This document shows positions 38,301 through 45,849 of a stretch of 64,000 bases of DNA, piece by piece. The DNA lies in the IMG/VR virus record IMGVR_UViG_3300038435_000048, positions 12,277 through 76,276 of that record; one strand, written 5' to 3'. The notes beneath the pieces were generated by a model, which saw only the letters and a program-made list of their open reading frames with translations, was not told the DNA's origin and did not search any database. The stretch is from a virus. Lineage: Duplodnaviria > Heunggongvirae > Uroviricota > Caudoviricetes. The translations under genes and the position numbers were made by a program. The stretch's first letter is position 1, and each line of letters begins with the position of its first letter.

Positions 38301-38382
38301 GCGTCCTGGTTTCCAGCTTAACAACCTGACTGCCAGTGCTCGCAATATTCGTATGCAACACCTTTACTGTGAAGGATTGTAA
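35374..38382 (+). CDS. large tail fiber protein (1002 aa) with internal repeats
   Basis: Three copies of the (I/L)RP(F/Y)A(S/H)(I/V)HQNSGVFH unit; duplicated SG(T/V)LSY(Q/R)FG.HQ.WYIKT.HS.TGGP(F/Y)NDG.WPIAHSGNV block; N-terminal anchor shared with 34602. Confidence 0.65.
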   Translation: MARVTGDLWPQSSGTASLGAEMTNGGLGREIRPFASIHQNSGVFHDPKHGTSGVLRYTRVPQNFEQGFFEMSVDGGANFARVVTGSVVTQADLPNSNNDIVGQVEFGSHGSGFVAVTLGGFGATFLFAVDNLGLSGLWGFPTQGFNGKVVNELTDFNGTRAQGAISVVGASGIVVDIIGNTMTIVQGAGTALPPTGNIVPDASGTRHIGFEPVGDILRPYASIHQNSGVFHGTFGGSGIISFVDPIDDFRSFPGGQNRVDYGHFAFSADGGITNPLLIGARRDPLGWPTLPDGATLRNINGPIHILSSGLNINTAGQGMTINAFDGGINFGANFGITIQSDLLLTLMASRNGNIIATAGTSALDGGQISLSPFGGSGTLSYQFGPHQGWYIKTSHSSTGGPFNDGSWPIAHSGNVNQLLNAAVATLNTSINALGADLQSNLVPDFSGVRYIGWVGYSTKAIRPYAHVHQNSGVFHNPTRGSSGVIRFQNSALTSPSNGDYFGFSFDGGKWYPFELGINKTLEGIGADLLAPHGGMRVLASGALSLHSVNDNVELTTAAGDIVIAPVGNEIHNVTGLYSENVAGNRSSSAQDESHTVDDNFSVVATNGVINFETLSDVGDITLNSVADVMLEAFNHSGVLSYRFGRHQSWYIKTTHSNTGGPYNDGFWPIAHSGNVAQMIAQAGGGSIPGNTGDVFFNNAGALATDSLGLTFNDSINALGVSGQIQFGRNNSLSIDATAKGPRSGSGVAQFSAINLAERPMFGASNSGMNLPYFFQPALFTKHIFMVMPSVSTLVSTYGNTSTNAGTISHPAAGVGSGFMANFVTGASANSAAGTGSNNTLYYRGAMSGVNTGFFYATRITLPDANLDGGRVFAGLTAGLMANMVTADDPAGDYCGFQFTTTQANPKNWHFITKDGTAQNRQDTGISCSGNRIWDMYIYSPPFPNNNVLYWTLHDVSWNRISNGYAINRLPRVNTIMRPGFQLNNLTASARNIRMQHLYCEGL

Positions 38383-38702
38383 TGCTGCTAGAAATCACAA
38401 GCTTCGGTGACATCGTTAGTATGCTGATTCAGCAATACGGTATCACTGGATTAGCGTTTGGTGCTCTACTATGGTTGCTATGGAAGAATAAGAAGGATGC
38501 CGATGAACGTATTACAGAGCTTGAAAAAGCAGCAGACGCACACCAAGCACAGCTAGTGGCGAACTATAAAGAAATGATTAGTGAGTACGTTGGACTTGTG
38601 AAAAGCAAAACCGAAGTGCTTGCTAAACTGACCAACTGTCTTGAGTCTATGAACGACACTCTTCTTCGTCTAGAAGACAAGAAGAATGAAGACTTGAACT
38701 AA
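38382..38702 (+). CDS. membrane-anchored coiled-coil protein (possible holin, i-spanin-like or fiber assembly factor)
   Basis: Single TM helix ITGLAFGALLWLLW followed by a coiled coil. Confidence 0.4.
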   Translation: MLLEITSFGDIVSMLIQQYGITGLAFGALLWLLWKNKKDADERITELEKAADAHQAQLVANYKEMISEYVGLVKSKTEVLAKLTNCLESMNDTLLRLEDKKNEDLN

Positions 38703-38705
38703 ACA

Positions 38706-38732
38706 ATCGGGGCCGCGAAAAGCGGCCCCGAG
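38706..38732. terminator. bidirectional rho-independent terminator hairpin
   Basis: GGGGCCGC gaaaa GCGGCCCC perfect 8-bp GC stem, sitting exactly between convergent + and - gene blocks. Confidence 0.7.
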
Positions 38733-38735
38733 CGG

Positions 38736-38981
38736 TTAGATGATTGTTGGCTTAGCACTATTTGGATCGGCTCGTTTTGCGACCCGTTCCTTGTCAGCCG
38801 CCACACTTGCCTCTGGCGTCATGACACAAGCTCCGAATGGCTTGCGTTCTGGACGGCCGAAGAAGGCCATCACTTCTTTGCGAAGTTCTGCACGTACCTC
38901 TTGCGGCACGTTGTATTGATCTAGACGCTCACGTAGAATTCTATCTAGCGTGAGGCTGTTGTCATTACTATTAGCATTCAT
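38736..38981 (-). CDS. hypothetical protein
   Basis: ORF. Confidence 0.35.
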   Translation of the reverse strand: MNANSNDNSLTLDRILRERLDQYNVPQEVRAELRKEVMAFFGRPERKPFGACVMTPEASVAADKERVAKRADPNSAKPTII

Positions 38982-39477
38982 TGTTCCACGTCCTTTTAAA
39001 GCGATCTAGCACGCGAGCTTTCAAAGAGCGTGCTTGTTGTGTCTTAACGACCTCTGCCTTATTTGCTATATCTCTTAGCACTACCGGGTCGTTGGTAGAT
39101 AGCATACTAGCACCAATCTCTACCTTAGTCTGCACATAGTCGCCGTGCTTCTTACGGAAGAACACTAGCGATCTAATGGATGGTACAAGCTCGCGGCGAA
39201 TCAACTGCTGCCACTTACGACAGATATCATCGAGCGGCTGAATCTGCCCATTGAGTTCATCTACAATCCGCGAATCATTGTAGACTAATACATCACCCTT
39301 AACGCCTTTGTTTCGAGCCACTTCTCTAAGGGCTAGATACATGACCTTATAGGTATGATGTAGTTCGTGAAAGATAGGATGTCCTCTCTCATCTGTGGCC
39401 GGCGAACACTGTAGAGTTGCCTCTACACCCTCACCGGCCACATAGTATCCTTCTTTAGTTACGAAGACAGTAATCAC
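38971..39477 (-). CDS. RNase H-like protein
   Basis: Pattern VFVTKEGYYVAGEG ... TYKVMYLALREVA ... YNDSRIVDEL parallels RNase HI TDGSC / NNRMEL / STDSQYV; weak. Confidence 0.35.
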   Translation of the reverse strand: MITVFVTKEGYYVAGEGVEATLQCSPATDERGHPIFHELHHTYKVMYLALREVARNKGVKGDVLVYNDSRIVDELNGQIQPLDDICRKWQQLIRRELVPSIRSLVFFRKKHGDYVQTKVEIGASMLSTNDPVVLRDIANKAEVVKTQQARSLKARVLDRFKRTWNNEC

Positions 39478-40007
39478 TGCTGTCTACAGAAGTCAGCACG
39501 CATCTCAGAGGCTTGCGATTGCTCTGTAGGCGTGACAGTGCCAGCAGAACGCAATGCATTCGCGATGATGTCTAGCACTTCCTTGGTACGAGGAGACAGT
39601 TCGAACACATGAGTTTCTGGGTTCAACCATTCTAGAGCACAGCGAGCCAATAGTTCCTGTTCAGCAACAAGTAGAATAAACTCTACTTCATCGTTGTTGA
39701 ATCCAGCATTACGAAGTGCTGGAATGATAAGCGACGTTGCTCCACCAAGAATTGGTTGGTCTTGTAGAGCGTCAATAGCTCCAGCGGCAACCGTCAATTC
39801 GTTTTGAGAGACAAGGTTCTCTTCTAGAAGACGGTTAGCACCAATCTTCACGCCTAGTTGGATGTACAGCTTCCACTTACTGTATTCAAGTTCCGTCATT
39901 TCTTCCAAGGGCTTGACGCCGTTGGTTGATGTGCATCCGGTGCTAGCTACAAAGCCACCAACCAAACACAATGACAACATCAAAATTGCGAGACTGTTCT
40001 TAATCAT
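39474..40007 (-). CDS. lipoprotein
   Basis: Signal plus lipobox LVGGFVASTGC. Confidence 0.5.
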   Translation of the reverse strand: MIKNSLAILMLSLCLVGGFVASTGCTSTNGVKPLEEMTELEYSKWKLYIQLGVKIGANRLLEENLVSQNELTVAAGAIDALQDQPILGGATSLIIPALRNAGFNNDEVEFILLVAEQELLARCALEWLNPETHVFELSPRTKEVLDIIANALRSAGTVTPTEQSQASEMRADFCRQQ

Positions 40008-40576
40008 GATTCATTCTTCTCCTGTGCTACCCTACTAACGCCTTCTCTGCTGTCTGGCGGTGCTTTAGCACCTAGGAAAGCGGCCTTCTCTTCTTTAGTT
40101 CTCTCGGAAACACGCTGACGGCAATCGCGACATGTTCGATAGGCATGTCGTTTACCGTCTTTCATTGTGGTTTGTATACCACTTTTGTTCAAGTGCATAC
40201 AATCAGAACCATTACCTTCTAGTTCTGGTAGTATGCTTGGCTGATTACTGTTTTTTTCACGAGGGCTCGTATCGACTCCCTCTTCTGCCATAGCTCGTCG
40301 CTTCTCTGCCACGAATCTATCATCGCTATCGAGGTCTGCTAAGGTACGCTGACCTTCATTCGCGACATTTTGTCGTGATCCACCACCGAATCCCCATCCA
40401 TCAGGCAACTTGCTGCCCGATACAAGCTGTTGCTCAAGCTTAGCGGCAGCGGCCGCAGATAGTTCGTACGTACGACCAGTCTTTTTACCACTCTTCTTAA
40501 TGACGAGCGTTACTGTATCGGCAGGATCATATTCCTGCTTTGTCAAATCACATTCTTGAACAACACGTTTTGCCAT
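40004..40576 (-). CDS. Lsr2-like N-terminal domain protein with a C-terminal Zn finger
   Basis: DTVTLVIKKSGKKTGRTYELSAAAAAKLEQQLVSG vs the Lsr2 dimerisation domain (TV.F..DG..YEIDLS..NA.KL); CMHL...CRDC. Confidence 0.35.
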   Translation of the reverse strand: MAKRVVQECDLTKQEYDPADTVTLVIKKSGKKTGRTYELSAAAAAKLEQQLVSGSKLPDGWGFGGGSRQNVANEGQRTLADLDSDDRFVAEKRRAMAEEGVDTSPREKNSNQPSILPELEGNGSDCMHLNKSGIQTTMKDGKRHAYRTCRDCRQRVSERTKEEKAAFLGAKAPPDSREGVSRVAQEKNES

Positions 40577-41265
40577 TAGAATACTTCCTGGCTCCTAAAC
40601 TCTTTGTATCTAGTCAGGATGGCCTTGACGATAGAAGAACGCTGGACGGTTTCAATGTCCTTCATTTCAACTATACCAATACCATCTAACCCTTCCAATA
40701 CGTTTAGTGCTTCCGCTAGAGCACTTCTATCTGGGTGAATGTCACACTGATCAATGTCGCCCGCAATAACTAGTTTAGAATGCTTACCAACTCTCGTCAG
40801 TAGCATTTGCATTGCGTCTCCATCCAAGGGAACGTTCTGTGCTTCTTCCACAATCACGAAACAGTTATTGAATGAGCGACCGCGACACAGACTGAGTACC
40901 GTAAACTCAAACTTCTGACGAATGATGTTGTCAATGTCTTGGTCGTTGTTAAACAACTGACGCAGGTTATCCTTGAGGCCCAGGACATATGGTGTGACCT
41001 TCTCATCGACTGTGCCGGGTAGGGCACCTAGCTTCTCTCCAGTGTTGGACTGAATATACGGACGAACGATTACGATGCGTTGAATGCCACCCTTCTTGGG
41101 TGCGTTGAACATCATTTCCAAAGCCTTGTTGACAGCAAGAAATGTCTTTCCTGTACCGGCAATGCCGTTACAAATAGTGATGATGTTTCTATCCAGTGAA
41201 TCTTGATACTCTTCTTGTCCCGGTGCTGGCTTAGCTGGGACAAAACGGACTTCACTCTTTTGCAT
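40576..41265 (-). CDS. phoH: PhoH-like ATPase
   Basis: Walker A GIAGTGKTFLAV and PhoH C-terminal pattern. Confidence 0.85.
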   Translation of the reverse strand: MQKSEVRFVPAKPAPGQEEYQDSLDRNIITICNGIAGTGKTFLAVNKALEMMFNAPKKGGIQRIVIVRPYIQSNTGEKLGALPGTVDEKVTPYVLGLKDNLRQLFNNDQDIDNIIRQKFEFTVLSLCRGRSFNNCFVIVEEAQNVPLDGDAMQMLLTRVGKHSKLVIAGDIDQCDIHPDRSALAEALNVLEGLDGIGIVEMKDIETVQRSSIVKAILTRYKEFRSQEVF

Positions 41266-41268
41266 CTA

Positions 41269-41895
41269 TTAGCCTCTGTTGGCCCTACGCGAAGCCTTCG
41301 CTTGCTTGTTTCGGGCTCTACGATTCTCAACAACCTTGAGACGGTGGGGAGTAAGTTTCATGCCAAACTTAGTTTGGCTAACTTGCTTGGCGACCTCTTG
41401 CTCAAGATGATGAGCAATCAGTACACCATTCAGGTGATCCATCTCGTGGCAAATTGCACGAGCCCAGAATCCACTGAATACTTCTCGCTTGATTTCGCCA
41501 TCAAGCTCGTGATATTGAAGCTCAACTCGCTTGGGTCTCTTAAAGACCGCACCGAATCCCGGCAGCGACAAACAAGCTTCGCCATCGCTCTTCATTTCCT
41601 GACTCAACGACACGATTACCGGATTGATAAACGCACGGTTTACACCGTTCTTGCGTAGTAGGAAGATTCTCTTGGGGTAACCAATTTGCACAGCAGCTAA
41701 GCCAGCCGCCGTATCTCCAAGCATATCTAGCACAGCATCCATCTTACCAATCATGGCAGCGTCAGTGTCATTGATCGGAATACTACATAGCTGTGATGGG
41801 CCTTCGAGTAGCGGCCAACGCTCAGGATCATTAGGCGTGATGATGGGGTTTGCCATCGGTGCGACAGCCGTTGTCTGTGCTTCGGAATCGTTCAT
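41269..41895 (-). CDS. def: peptide deformylase
   Basis: GLAAVQIGYPKRIF, EACLSLPG, HEMDHLNG motifs. Confidence 0.8.
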   Translation of the reverse strand: MNDSEAQTTAVAPMANPIITPNDPERWPLLEGPSQLCSIPINDTDAAMIGKMDAVLDMLGDTAAGLAAVQIGYPKRIFLLRKNGVNRAFINPVIVSLSQEMKSDGEACLSLPGFGAVFKRPKRVELQYHELDGEIKREVFSGFWARAICHEMDHLNGVLIAHHLEQEVAKQVSQTKFGMKLTPHRLKVVENRRARNKQAKASRRANRG

Positions 41896-42698
41896 GATAG
41901 AATTTCGTATCCTGTTTCTGTGACTAGAATGCAACGTTCGGAGTGAGCAACTAGCGAGCCATCAGCGGATCGCACAGTCCAGCCATCTCCATCTACTATT
42001 ATGTCAGTTTTTCCAAAAGTGACTACTGGTTCTAGACAAATTACTTGTCCAGTCTGTAGTTTGTACTTATCGAATTCTCTTTCAGCCTGCCAGCGTTTGA
42101 TCTTTGAAAGCTTTGGGTCAACGCAATTCGGGATGAATGGATCCATGTGTAGCTGCTGACCTATCTGATGTCCACCCCATTGCGGGTAGATGTTAATGCC
42201 TAACTCGGCAGCTTTTGCTTCGGCAATTCTGGCTATTTCAAGCAAAGATCGGCCATTTTGGAGAATTGAGATCTCAGCATCCAGTATACTCTCGACAGCT
42301 TCAACCAGACGTTCTTGAAAAGGAAAAAGTCCAGGAGAAGTGAGGCCAATAACGCGGGTGCGGGCAGAGTCCACACACCAACCTTCGTAGCTACAGCCCA
42401 CGTCAATAGTGAGCACGTCGCCAGCTTTTAGAATGTAGTCGGATGGAACGCCGTGGACGACTACATCATTAGGAGATAAGCAACATGCCGCTGGGAATCC
42501 GCGATAGCCTTTAAAGATAGGCACGCACTTAGAATCTAAGATGTATTCCTCGACAGCCTCATTGATCTTGAGTAGCGAGACACCGGGGCGACGTGCTACA
42601 AAGAAGCCTACTTCAATAGCTTCGCGATTGATGCGGCCAGCGTAGCGTGTGGCTTCAAGCCTATCCATTACTTGGATGTTCTCTGTTGTTCGACCCAC
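41892..42698 (-). CDS. map: methionine aminopeptidase (type I, M24)
   Basis: AGDVLTIDVGCSYEGWCVDSARTRVIG and overall M24 pattern. Confidence 0.75.
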   Translation of the reverse strand: MGRTTENIQVMDRLEATRYAGRINREAIEVGFFVARRPGVSLLKINEAVEEYILDSKCVPIFKGYRGFPAACCLSPNDVVVHGVPSDYILKAGDVLTIDVGCSYEGWCVDSARTRVIGLTSPGLFPFQERLVEAVESILDAEISILQNGRSLLEIARIAEAKAAELGINIYPQWGGHQIGQQLHMDPFIPNCVDPKLSKIKRWQAEREFDKYKLQTGQVICLEPVVTFGKTDIIVDGDGWTVRSADGSLVAHSERCILVTETGYEILS

Positions 42699-43276
42699 GC
42701 CTTAACCTTCTGCCAGTGTGGCAAGGTCTCGCGATATGCCTTCTCAGGGCTGCGTAGATGATAGCTAGGATGATACGTGACGATCAGCTTAGACTCGTGT
42801 CCATCTACAGAGTAACCTAACCAGCCATCCTTATTCGGGATCTTGTCAAAGAAAAACTGGTTGAGTGCTCCCTTGATGGGCTGCCCACGGAACTGTTCCA
42901 GGGCAGTGCGGCCGAGCAGAATGATCATTTTTGGACGCAGCAATTTGACTTGTAGATCTAGTCGCCATTTGCATGCATCCATTTCTTCTTTTCGAGGCGT
43001 TCTGTTATTGGGTGGACGGCACAGAACAGTGTTCGTAATGTAGATATCCTGGCGTGAAACACCAAGGTAGCTTAGAATGGAGTCTAGCTTTTGTCCAGCC
43101 TTCCCAATGAAAGGTACGCCCTCTAGATCCTCTTCTTCTCCTGGAGCTTCGCCAACAATAAGAATGAGAGGCTCGTGTGAGCCACTGCCGAATACCACCT
43201 TGTTGCGGGTCTTGCATAAGTCGCAGGATCCACACACAGACATTTGGTCTTTGAGTGCTTCGAGTTTAGCGTTCAT
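42668..43276 (-). CDS. uracil-DNA glycosylase family 4
   Basis: CGSCDLCKTRNKVVFGSG...LILIVGEAPGEEED...GVPFIGKAGQ motif. Confidence 0.75.
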   Translation of the reverse strand: MNAKLEALKDQMSVCGSCDLCKTRNKVVFGSGSHEPLILIVGEAPGEEEDLEGVPFIGKAGQKLDSILSYLGVSRQDIYITNTVLCRPPNNRTPRKEEMDACKWRLDLQVKLLRPKMIILLGRTALEQFRGQPIKGALNQFFFDKIPNKDGWLGYSVDGHESKLIVTYHPSYHLRSPEKAYRETLPHWQKVKAWVEQQRTSK

Positions 43277-43802
43277 ATTTTTTCTTGTTGCGAATCATGA
43301 GAGCGTCTGAATCGGATAGTTTGGTTTGCACCCACTTATCGTATTGCTCTGTAGTGAGACACAAATATTCTGCTAGCGTCTGATTCGTATCGGTGGTGTG
43401 CCAGATTCTAACTAGTTGTTCTATGCGTTGCTTCGGATCATTTTCGCGATAACACTTAGGACACATAGAGTATACAGCGGTAGGATATTCGTTGCATGTC
43501 CATGAATGTCCGCACTCACATTTGTACTCTGCTAGCACCGTGGTGCGTGTGAGTCTCAGTTGTGATTTGCGACAGTCGTCCATACAGGAAATACCTTCAC
43601 CACAATTAGCCTTGTGCCAGTCGTGTGGCTCCTCAAAGGCATCCAAGATCTCTTTGAGAGCTTGAAAACTGCCGTGGGCCATAGCTGTCGGCCATACATT
43701 CACCGTGCCGTTATCATTAGTGCATACACCATCTCGGTGTGTTTCATAGTACGCGGCAGCTTCACGCACTTTCTTTATGATCGCTTCGTACGTCTTATCC
43801 AT
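43266..43802 (-). CDS. Cys-rich hypothetical protein
   Basis: Multiple CxxC clusters. Confidence 0.35.
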   Translation of the reverse strand: MDKTYEAIIKKVREAAAYYETHRDGVCTNDNGTVNVWPTAMAHGSFQALKEILDAFEEPHDWHKANCGEGISCMDDCRKSQLRLTRTTVLAEYKCECGHSWTCNEYPTAVYSMCPKCYRENDPKQRIEQLVRIWHTTDTNQTLAEYLCLTTEQYDKWVQTKLSDSDALMIRNKKKYER

Positions 43803-44742
43803 TGTTGTGACCCGTAAACAATTCGTTAGTCCAATTGCCATTGGTCTTCCGACGGAGTGCGTCGCCACCAAAGTGCAAGAGGTTCATCATGTCGTCTGCG
43901 GACGCTGCGATACGCCCTTCAATAGTTTTGATCTCGGCCATGACATTACAGGAGTTCTCTAGTGCCTGCTTCTTTGCTTCTGGAACATGGATGTCGAGAT
44001 CGCTTTCGACATGGATCATGAGATGGTCAACATAGCGAGCACTCGCACGATTGATGCCAGTCATATAGTACGCATCTCGTGCTCGCAGGTAGCCATTCGT
44101 GAAGCATGTTGTCGTGTTCCAGCCAATATTCCTCAGGATACAACTAGCTAGAACTAGTGAGATATTAAGGGGCGTTTCCGATTCCTTGGCCTGAGCCGCC
44201 ATCACCTTGGCCAAACGTAGTGAGCCAGCTACGTGTACCAAGAGACCGCCGCGATAGGCCAAGGGACCAGATAGCCCGTACGGGCTTGTCTTGAGAGCGT
44301 GAATGAGATCGAGGCGGTGGATTGCATTACCAATTACGTTGCGGTAGTGCTCATCGCTCATCATTTCAAAGGCTTCTTCTACCGTGGCACCACAAGCAGC
44401 CAATGCTGCATCGCTCATGCCCTTGATGTAATCGTGAACGTTGAGTGGCGTATCTACTTCTGTGTCACCACTTGGAGTATTGATGGATAGATTTAGTTTA
44501 CCCTTATACTCTTTGACTTCAACTGGGAGTCTGTAGTAGCGACCTTCTACAAAGATGCAGTCGTCACAGTTCCAGGCTACACCTTCGATCTCACCAGTGA
44601 TGTCGCGGGCTACTATCTTGGCGAATGGACTACCTGATGAGGTAACCATACCCTCATTAAACGTCACCTTATCAATCAAGAATACCTGTTCGTATCGTCC
44701 GACCTTCAAGTCCTTGATCGGGATATAAGTTTCAGTATTCAT
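43795..44742 (-). CDS. OB-fold + HD-domain nuclease/phosphohydrolase (YhaM-like)
   Basis: N-terminal OB region, then HD region (...LVHVAGSLRLA ... HVESDLDIH). Confidence 0.5.
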   Translation of the reverse strand: MNTETYIPIKDLKVGRYEQVFLIDKVTFNEGMVTSSGSPFAKIVARDITGEIEGVAWNCDDCIFVEGRYYRLPVEVKEYKGKLNLSINTPSGDTEVDTPLNVHDYIKGMSDAALAACGATVEEAFEMMSDEHYRNVIGNAIHRLDLIHALKTSPYGLSGPLAYRGGLLVHVAGSLRLAKVMAAQAKESETPLNISLVLASCILRNIGWNTTTCFTNGYLRARDAYYMTGINRASARYVDHLMIHVESDLDIHVPEAKKQALENSCNVMAEIKTIEGRIAASADDMMNLLHFGGDALRRKTNGNWTNELFTGHNNG

Positions 44743-44944
44743 ACTTCGTTCTTTTGCCGCCCTTGGTGCGATCGTCCCCTGCTTTGCAGGTTGGGCACTT
44801 GGCGACTTTTCGTGTAATGATGTAGATTTCATCGGGCTGTTCTCGTTCTGTCCCTGGGTGCAGCGTCACCTTTAATTGTCCACCGTAATAGCAACCGCGA
44901 CAGTTGCCGCATTCGATGAGCGTGACGGTCTTAGGCGTTTTCAT
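44732..44944 (-). CDS. Zn-ribbon small protein
   Basis: CGNCRGC ... CPTCKAG. Confidence 0.3.
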   Translation of the reverse strand: MKTPKTVTLIECGNCRGCYYGGQLKVTLHPGTEREQPDEIYIITRKVAKCPTCKAGDDRTKGGKRTKYEY

Positions 44945-45452
44945 GATGCAATCTTTTTTCTAGCAACTTGATGAGTCGCTTGACATGCAATGCTACTCCC
45001 TGGTGAGAGAGTCCATTATCCTTGGCAATCTTGCGGAATGATTTGCCTTTAACGTAATACTCAATCAAGAGGTTGGCGTGTGGGTCTTCTGCCACAGCAC
45101 TCAAGATCGTCTTCATCAATTCGTTTTCATCAATCGTCGTATCTAGATAGCCAGATTCGACATCGATAGGATCCGCGTCAGTTCGTCCAGGTGATAGCCT
45201 TGTCTTTTCAAGGATGTACCTGAGGATACGACCACGGATATAGTGATATGCATACGTCGTAAACTTCGCCTTGGTGGAGTCGTAGTTCTTTGAGGCTGTG
45301 AGTAGACCAACCCAGGCTTCTTGTTCTAGATCTTCATACGAGATTAGCGGATCGTTCTTTGCGTATACCAGGAAGGGACGTAGGATGCTGCTAATGAATG
45401 CGTCCCATTCACTTTGCTGTAAACAGTCTAAAGGACTATCTTTCATATGCAT
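44931..45452 (-). CDS. sigma-70 family (ECF-like) sigma factor
   Basis: Region 2 QEAWVGLLTASKNYD...FTTYAYHYIRGRIL and region 4 AKDNGLSHQGVALHVKRLIKLL. Confidence 0.65.
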   Translation of the reverse strand: MHMKDSPLDCLQQSEWDAFISSILRPFLVYAKNDPLISYEDLEQEAWVGLLTASKNYDSTKAKFTTYAYHYIRGRILRYILEKTRLSPGRTDADPIDVESGYLDTTIDENELMKTILSAVAEDPHANLLIEYYVKGKSFRKIAKDNGLSHQGVALHVKRLIKLLEKRLHHENA

Positions 45453-45813
45453 TAATCTGTGCCACCAGAAGGGTGATGTATGTTTGCTTTTCGTCGTCTG
45501 TGAGAGCGGACCAATGAGAGATGATATCCACGTTCCCACCGTTTGGCACTTCTTCGTTACCCACTACTTGGCGATGGCGATACAGGACGCGACCTTCTAC
45601 GTCTTGAACAATGAAGGTTAGAACTTTTAGTGATTCGTCGTCCATTAGATGCCAGCAGAACTTATACAGTTCTTTGAACTGCACTACTGCTTTCTTAGGC
45701 TTGCCACCTTTTTCGATTAAAATAAAGAGTAGCTTGTCATTTTTCTTCCAGCCATCGGCCTCCAGTTCGGCGTTAAGTTGCTTGACTCTATCCCAATTGA
45801 GTTTGATCGCCAT
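45436..45813 (-). CDS. hypothetical protein
   Basis: ORF. Confidence 0.35.
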   Translation of the reverse strand: MAIKLNWDRVKQLNAELEADGWKKNDKLLFILIEKGGKPKKAVVQFKELYKFCWHLMDDESLKVLTFIVQDVEGRVLYRHRQVVGNEEVPNGGNVDIISHWSALTDDEKQTYITLLVAQINAYER

Positions 45814-45849
45814 GAGATGCCGCCCCCTTTATAGGGGATTACACTAATT

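Noticed and set aside
35374-38382. The 1002-aa ORF as an RHS/YD-repeat toxin or polymorphic toxin
   Set aside because: No YD repeats or C-terminal toxin module. The N-terminus is shared with the adjacent short fiber and the ORF sits in a fiber block, so a tail fiber is the better call.
38382-40007. A spanin pair (i-spanin 38382-38702 plus o-spanin lipoprotein 39474-40007)
   Set aside because: The lipoprotein is on the opposite strand, is 177 aa (far larger than typical o-spanins) and is not embedded in or adjacent to the TM/coiled-coil gene. The architecture does not fit.
45814-45849. Hairpin CCCCTttatAGGGG between the SbcC-like gene and the downstream gene as a terminator
   Set aside because: The short 5-bp stem overlaps the likely RBS (AAGGGGG) of the downstream gene. 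It is more likely local mRNA structure than a terminator.
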